Translations under genes and position numbers: made by a program
NCBI GenBank assembly: GCA_963814585.1
Contig: CAWFDF010000009.1
Span: 192,001-256,000, forward strand
Direction: 5' to 3'
DNA length: 64,000 nt
Source of the DNA: an uncultured delta proteobacterium
GTDB lineage: Bacteria; Myxococcota; Myxococcia; Myxococcales; Anaeromyxobacteraceae
Shown here: positions 60,638-64,000 of the stretch, one piece after another
Layout of the letters: each line of letters begins with the position of its first letter
Position numbering within the stretch: position 1 is the stretch's first letter
The notes under the pieces: model-generated
The model's input: the letters and a program-made list of their open reading frames with translations, nothing else
What the model was told of the DNA's origin: nothing
Database searches by the model: none

Positions 60638-62395
60638 ATGGACCGCCCGGTCCCCGTCCGCGCCGACGACGTCCCAGAGAGCGAGATGGTGGAGCGGCTC
60701 CAGTGGCTGCTCCGGCTCCGCTGGCTGATCGTCCCGGTCTTCGTCGCCGTCGACCTGGCCAACGACCTGCTCACCCGGCGGCGGGCGGCCTGGTCCGCGC
60801 TCTTCATCGGCGCCGTCCTGCTGCTGGCCAACGGCGCCTATGGCTGGCTGCTGCGGCGCCGCATCGGGCTCCCCGCCCTGCTGCGCTGGATCCGCTTCGA
60901 GTCGGTGCTGGTGGTGCTGGTCCCGGTGGCGGTGGCCGTGCTGCACGGCGAGCCGGACAGCCCGGTCCGCTACGGGGTGCTGGTGGGCGTGGTGGGCGCC
61001 GCGGTGGCGCTGCCCCGGACCGGCGAGGTGGCGGTGGTGGCCATGTGGGCGGTGGCCGCGCTGATCGTCGGCGACGCCGTCGCCATGGGGTTCGACCCCG
61101 GGCGCATCGACCAGCGGGTGGTGGCGCGCTGGGCCTGGGACACCGGCATCATCGTCACGGTCGCCATCGTCGCCGGCCACCTCCACCAGGCGCGGGAGTG
61201 GGGGGCGCAGCGGCTGCGGGCCGCCCTGGCCGGGCTGGCGCACGCCACCACCGAGTGGGAGGCGACCTTCGACTCCCTGTCCGAGATGGTCTTCATCTCC
61301 GACCCGGAGGGGCGGCTGGTGCGCGTCAACCGGGCCTTCGGCAAGCTGCTGGGGGTGCGGCCCCACGAGCTGGCCGGGCGGCGGCTCTCCGACCTGCTGG
61401 CCGGCCACCCGGAGCGCTGGTGGTCGGTGCCGGGCGACGGCATCGTGGAGATCGACGACCCGGTCTTCGACACCGTCTTCGAGGTCACCTCGGTGCGGCT
61501 GGGGGAGCGGGTGGTCCGCGTGGCGCGCGACGTGGGCGAGCACCAGCGGCTCTACGCCCGGCTGGTCCAGGCCGACAAGCTGGCGGCGGTGGGCGTGCTG
61601 GCCACGGGCGTGGCCCACGAGATCAACAACCCGACCGCCTTCGTCACCTCCAACCTGACCGAGCTGAAGCAGTACGTGGCCAGGCTCGACGCGGCGGTGG
61701 TGGAGCTCTCCGAGCTGGCGCTCCGGTCCGGCGCGGTGGAGCAGGCCAGCGAGGTGCTGACCCGCCACCAGCTGGCGTTCGCCCGGCGCGAGGCGCCCAC
61801 CGCCATCCGCGAGAGCCTGGCCGGCATGGAGCGGATCCGGCAGGTGGTCCAGAACCTGCGCTCGCTGGCGCGGCGCGACCAGTCGGGGGAGCCGGCGGCG
61901 CCGGTGGAGCTGGGCGAGGTGGTGCAGACGGTGGTGCAGACCGCGGCCTTCGAGCTGCGAAAGGCCGCGGCGCGCGTCGAGCTGCAGGGGCCGGTCTGGG
62001 TGATCGGCCACCGCGGCGAGCTGGTGGACGTGGTGCTCAACCTGGTGGTCAACGCCGTGCAGGCGCGCGACGACGGGCGGGAGAACCGCGTGGCGGTGGA
62101 GCTGGGGCGCGACGGGTCGCAGGCGGTCCTGCGGATCGCCGACACCGGCAAGGGGATCTCGGCCGGCCACCTGAAGCGGCTCTTCGAGGCCTTCTTCACC
62201 ACCAAGGCGCCCGGCGAGGGGACCGGGCTCGGGCTCAGCCTGGCCCGGAAGATCGTCCTCTCCCACGGGGGATCGATCGACGTCTCGAGCGAGGTGGGCG
62301 TCGGTTCGACCTTCACCGTCCGGCTTCCGGCCATCGACCCCGAGCGCCGGCTGCGGGACGCGGCGGCGGACGGCGCGGCGGTCCCGACCGCCTGA
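60638..62395 (+). CDS. Membrane PAS-domain sensor histidine kinase
   Basis: N-terminal TM helices; WEATFDSL..GRLVRVN; VAHEINNP; FFTTK..GTGLGL. Confidence 0.9.
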   Translation: MDRPVPVRADDVPESEMVERLQWLLRLRWLIVPVFVAVDLANDLLTRRRAAWSALFIGAVLLLANGAYGWLLRRRIGLPALLRWIRFESVLVVLVPVAVAVLHGEPDSPVRYGVLVGVVGAAVALPRTGEVAVVAMWAVAALIVGDAVAMGFDPGRIDQRVVARWAWDTGIIVTVAIVAGHLHQAREWGAQRLRAALAGLAHATTEWEATFDSLSEMVFISDPEGRLVRVNRAFGKLLGVRPHELAGRRLSDLLAGHPERWWSVPGDGIVEIDDPVFDTVFEVTSVRLGERVVRVARDVGEHQRLYARLVQADKLAAVGVLATGVAHEINNPTAFVTSNLTELKQYVARLDAAVVELSELALRSGAVEQASEVLTRHQLAFARREAPTAIRESLAGMERIRQVVQNLRSLARRDQSGEPAAPVELGEVVQTVVQTAAFELRKAAARVELQGPVWVIGHRGELVDVVLNLVVNAVQARDDGRENRVAVELGRDGSQAVLRIADTGKGISAGHLKRLFEAFFTTKAPGEGTGLGLSLARKIVLSHGGSIDVSSEVGVGSTFTVRLPAIDPERRLRDAAADGAAVPTA

Positions 62396-62437
62396 CCCTC
62401 CGGAGTTCCTCGGAGATCGAACTACTCTGGGTGGGGA
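62392..62437. repeat. Repeat copy C (kinase stop + spacer + dinG-end-like sequence)
   Basis: Gapless 37/46 match to 62967-63012, with an exact 17-mer atcgaactactctgggt. Confidence 0.85.
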
Positions 62438-62535
62438 GGGCCGGTCGCCCCGGACCGGCGGGCCGCGGTCGAGCGGGGGGCATGTGGGGGGAGGTGCGGT
62501 TGAATACCGGCCGGGCCTGGAGCATCCATGGGGGC

Positions 62536-62970
62536 ATGCGCACCCTCATCGCCGCCGCCATCGCCGCCTCGCTGCTCGCCCCCGGTGCTTCCTCGGCCCA
62601 GGTCCAGGTCACGCTCAGCTTCGACCTGCCCGCCGTGCTCCCCGCGCTCGTGATCATCGAGCCGGGCATCCAGGTGGTGCCCCAGGTCAACGAGGAGGTC
62701 TTCTTCGTGGACGGGTTCTACTGGGTGCGGCGCGACACCCGCTGGTACCGGTCGCACGACCACCGGCGCGGCTGGGTGGTGGTCGATCAGCGCGGCGTGC
62801 CGTCCCGGCTGGTCAAGTACCCGCCCGGCCAGTACCGCCGCTGGGATCCGCACCAGGGGAAGCACGACCACGACCACGGCCACGGCAACGGCCACGGCAA
62901 GGGCGAGAAGGAGAAGAACGGGAACAGCGGCAAGGAGAAGCAGGGGAAGGGACACGGCAAGGACGACTAA
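62536..62970 (+). CDS. Small secreted protein with Trp/Tyr-rich core and His/Gly/Lys-rich tail
   Basis: Signal peptide MRTLIAAAIAASLLAPGASSA; FFVDGFYWVRR..WY; KHDHDHGHGNGHGK. Confidence 0.8.
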   Translation: MRTLIAAAIAASLLAPGASSAQVQVTLSFDLPAVLPALVIIEPGIQVVPQVNEEVFFVDGFYWVRRDTRWYRSHDHRRGWVVVDQRGVPSRLVKYPPGQYRRWDPHQGKHDHDHGHGNGHGKGEKEKNGNSGKEKQGKGHGKDD

Positions 62971-63065
62971 CCCCCCGATCTTCCTCGACCATCGAACTAC
63001 TCTGGGTCGGGAATGACGCAGTCCTGACGCGTCATGATGCGGCGCTGAATTACTCTGGGTCGGGA
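62967..63065. repeat. Repeat copies B (62967-63012) and A (63047-63065, real dinG end) separated by a palindrome
   Basis: tactctgggtcggga exact at 62998-63012 and 63051-63065; atgacgc-N9-gcgtcat at 63013-63035. Confidence 0.85.
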
Positions 63066-64000
63066 GCGTCGGGAACGGCGGCCCACCAGGCCCGCGCCTC
63101 CTCGACGGAGCGGAGCAGCGGGCTGGGCGGCAGGGTGGCGCGGAAGGCCCGGCCGTAGCCCTTGGTGAGCAGGCGCCGGTCGAGCACCGCCACCAGGCCG
63201 CGGTCGGTGGTGGTTCGGATGAGCCGGCCGAACCCCTGCCGCAGCGCCAGCGCCGCCGCCGGCACCTGCAGCTCGGAGAAGCCGTCGCGCCCGTCCGCCT
63301 CCGCCGCCGCCAGCCGCGCCGCCACCACCGGGTCGTTGGGGGGCGCGAACGGGAGCCGGTCGATCACCACCAGCGAGAGCGCCTCGCCCGGCACGTCGAC
63401 GCCCTCCCAGAAGCTGGCGGTGGCGAAGAGCAGCGACGGCGCGGCGCGGAAGGCCTCCAGCAGCCGGTGCTTGGGCCGCTCGCCCTGCAGCAGGCGCGGC
63501 CAGCGCAGGCCGGCCGCGGCGGCGTGGAAGGCCTGCATGTTGCGGTGCGAGGTGCAGAGGATGAAGGCCCGCCCGCCGGTGACCTCGCAGAGCTCGGCGA
63601 TCACCGCCGAGGCCGCCTCGACGAAGCCGGGCTGGTTCGGCTCGGGGAGGCCGTCGGGCACCACCAGCGCCGCCTGCCGGGTGAAGTCGAAGGGGCCGGG
63701 GAAGCGCGCCTCCTCCACCTCCAGCGTCTCGTCGAGCCCGACCTGGCGGCGGAAGAAGTCGAAGCGCCCCTGGGCGCAGAGCGTGGCGCTGGTGAAGATG
63801 GTGGTGTCGAGGCGGGCGTAGAGCCGCTCCCTGAGCTCGCCGCCGACGTCGAGCGGCGCCGCCCGCAGGAAGACGCCGCGCCCCCGCACCTCGCCGAAGT
63901 AGACCCGGGTCGGCTCGCTGAGCGCGGTCACCGCCGCGAGCTCCACCCGCACCTCGCCGGCGCGCCGCGCCAGCTGGGCCAGCGCCGTGGCGTCGGCGTC
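63050..64000 (-). CDS. dinG: DinG/YoaA family ATP-dependent helicase, C-terminal part
   Basis: FTSATL; GGRAFILCTS; SFWEGVDVPG; IDRLPF; QGFGRLIR; LDRRL..KGYG. Confidence 0.9.
   Translation of the reverse strand, partial: DADATALAQLARRAGEVRVELAAVTALSEPTRVYFGEVRGRGVFLRAAPLDVGGELRERLYARLDTTIFTSATLCAQGRFDFFRRQVGLDETLEVEEARFPGPFDFTRQAALVVPDGLPEPNQPGFVEAASAVIAELCEVTGGRAFILCTSHRNMQAFHAAAAGLRWPRLLQGERPKHRLLEAFRAAPSLLFATASFWEGVDVPGEALSLVVIDRLPFAPPNDPVVAARLAAAEADGRDGFSELQVPAAALALRQGFGRLIRTTTDRGLVAVLDRRLLTKGYGRAFRATLPPSPLLRSVEEARAWWAAVPDAPDPE

Noticed and set aside
62392..63065. CRISPR array or integron attC cassette array
   Set aside because: Only three degenerate copies with very unequal spacing. No cas or intI gene, and no RYYYAAC...GTTRRRY pairing. 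The repeats correspond to gene ends.

Overview
High-GC sequence that looks myxobacterial (Anaeromyxobacter-like). It carries many single-base indels, even in conserved genes (wzc, ugd, hppA), so most frameshifts are probably sequencing or assembly errors. About 1.9-43.6 kb is a large Wzx/Wzy-type surface-polysaccharide locus: wbpA/wbpP, wecA-like, carbamoyltransferase, several SAM methyltransferases, GT2/GT4 glycosyltransferases, asnB-type amidotransferase, wzc, O-antigen-ligase-TPR, fcl/gmd and ugd. Its core (~12.4-29.9 kb) is visibly lower in GC. About 43.6-64 kb is conserved myxobacterial backbone: LON-N protein, membrane pyrophosphatase, aglRQS gliding motor, larBC, Dif chemosensory operon difACDEG, thiL, a PocR kinase, a SofG-like GTPase, a PAS kinase and dinG. 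Six small toxin-antitoxin-like modules are scattered in and beside the polysaccharide locus. The most unusual signal is that at four separate sites a small accessory cargo (TA module or single gene) lies between two direct copies of a gene's 3' end, one intact and one decayed. No integrase or transposase is visible in the window. Most cargo units start with a compact -10/leaderless promoter, often with a palindromic operator. All family assignments are from recognised motifs, not database searches.
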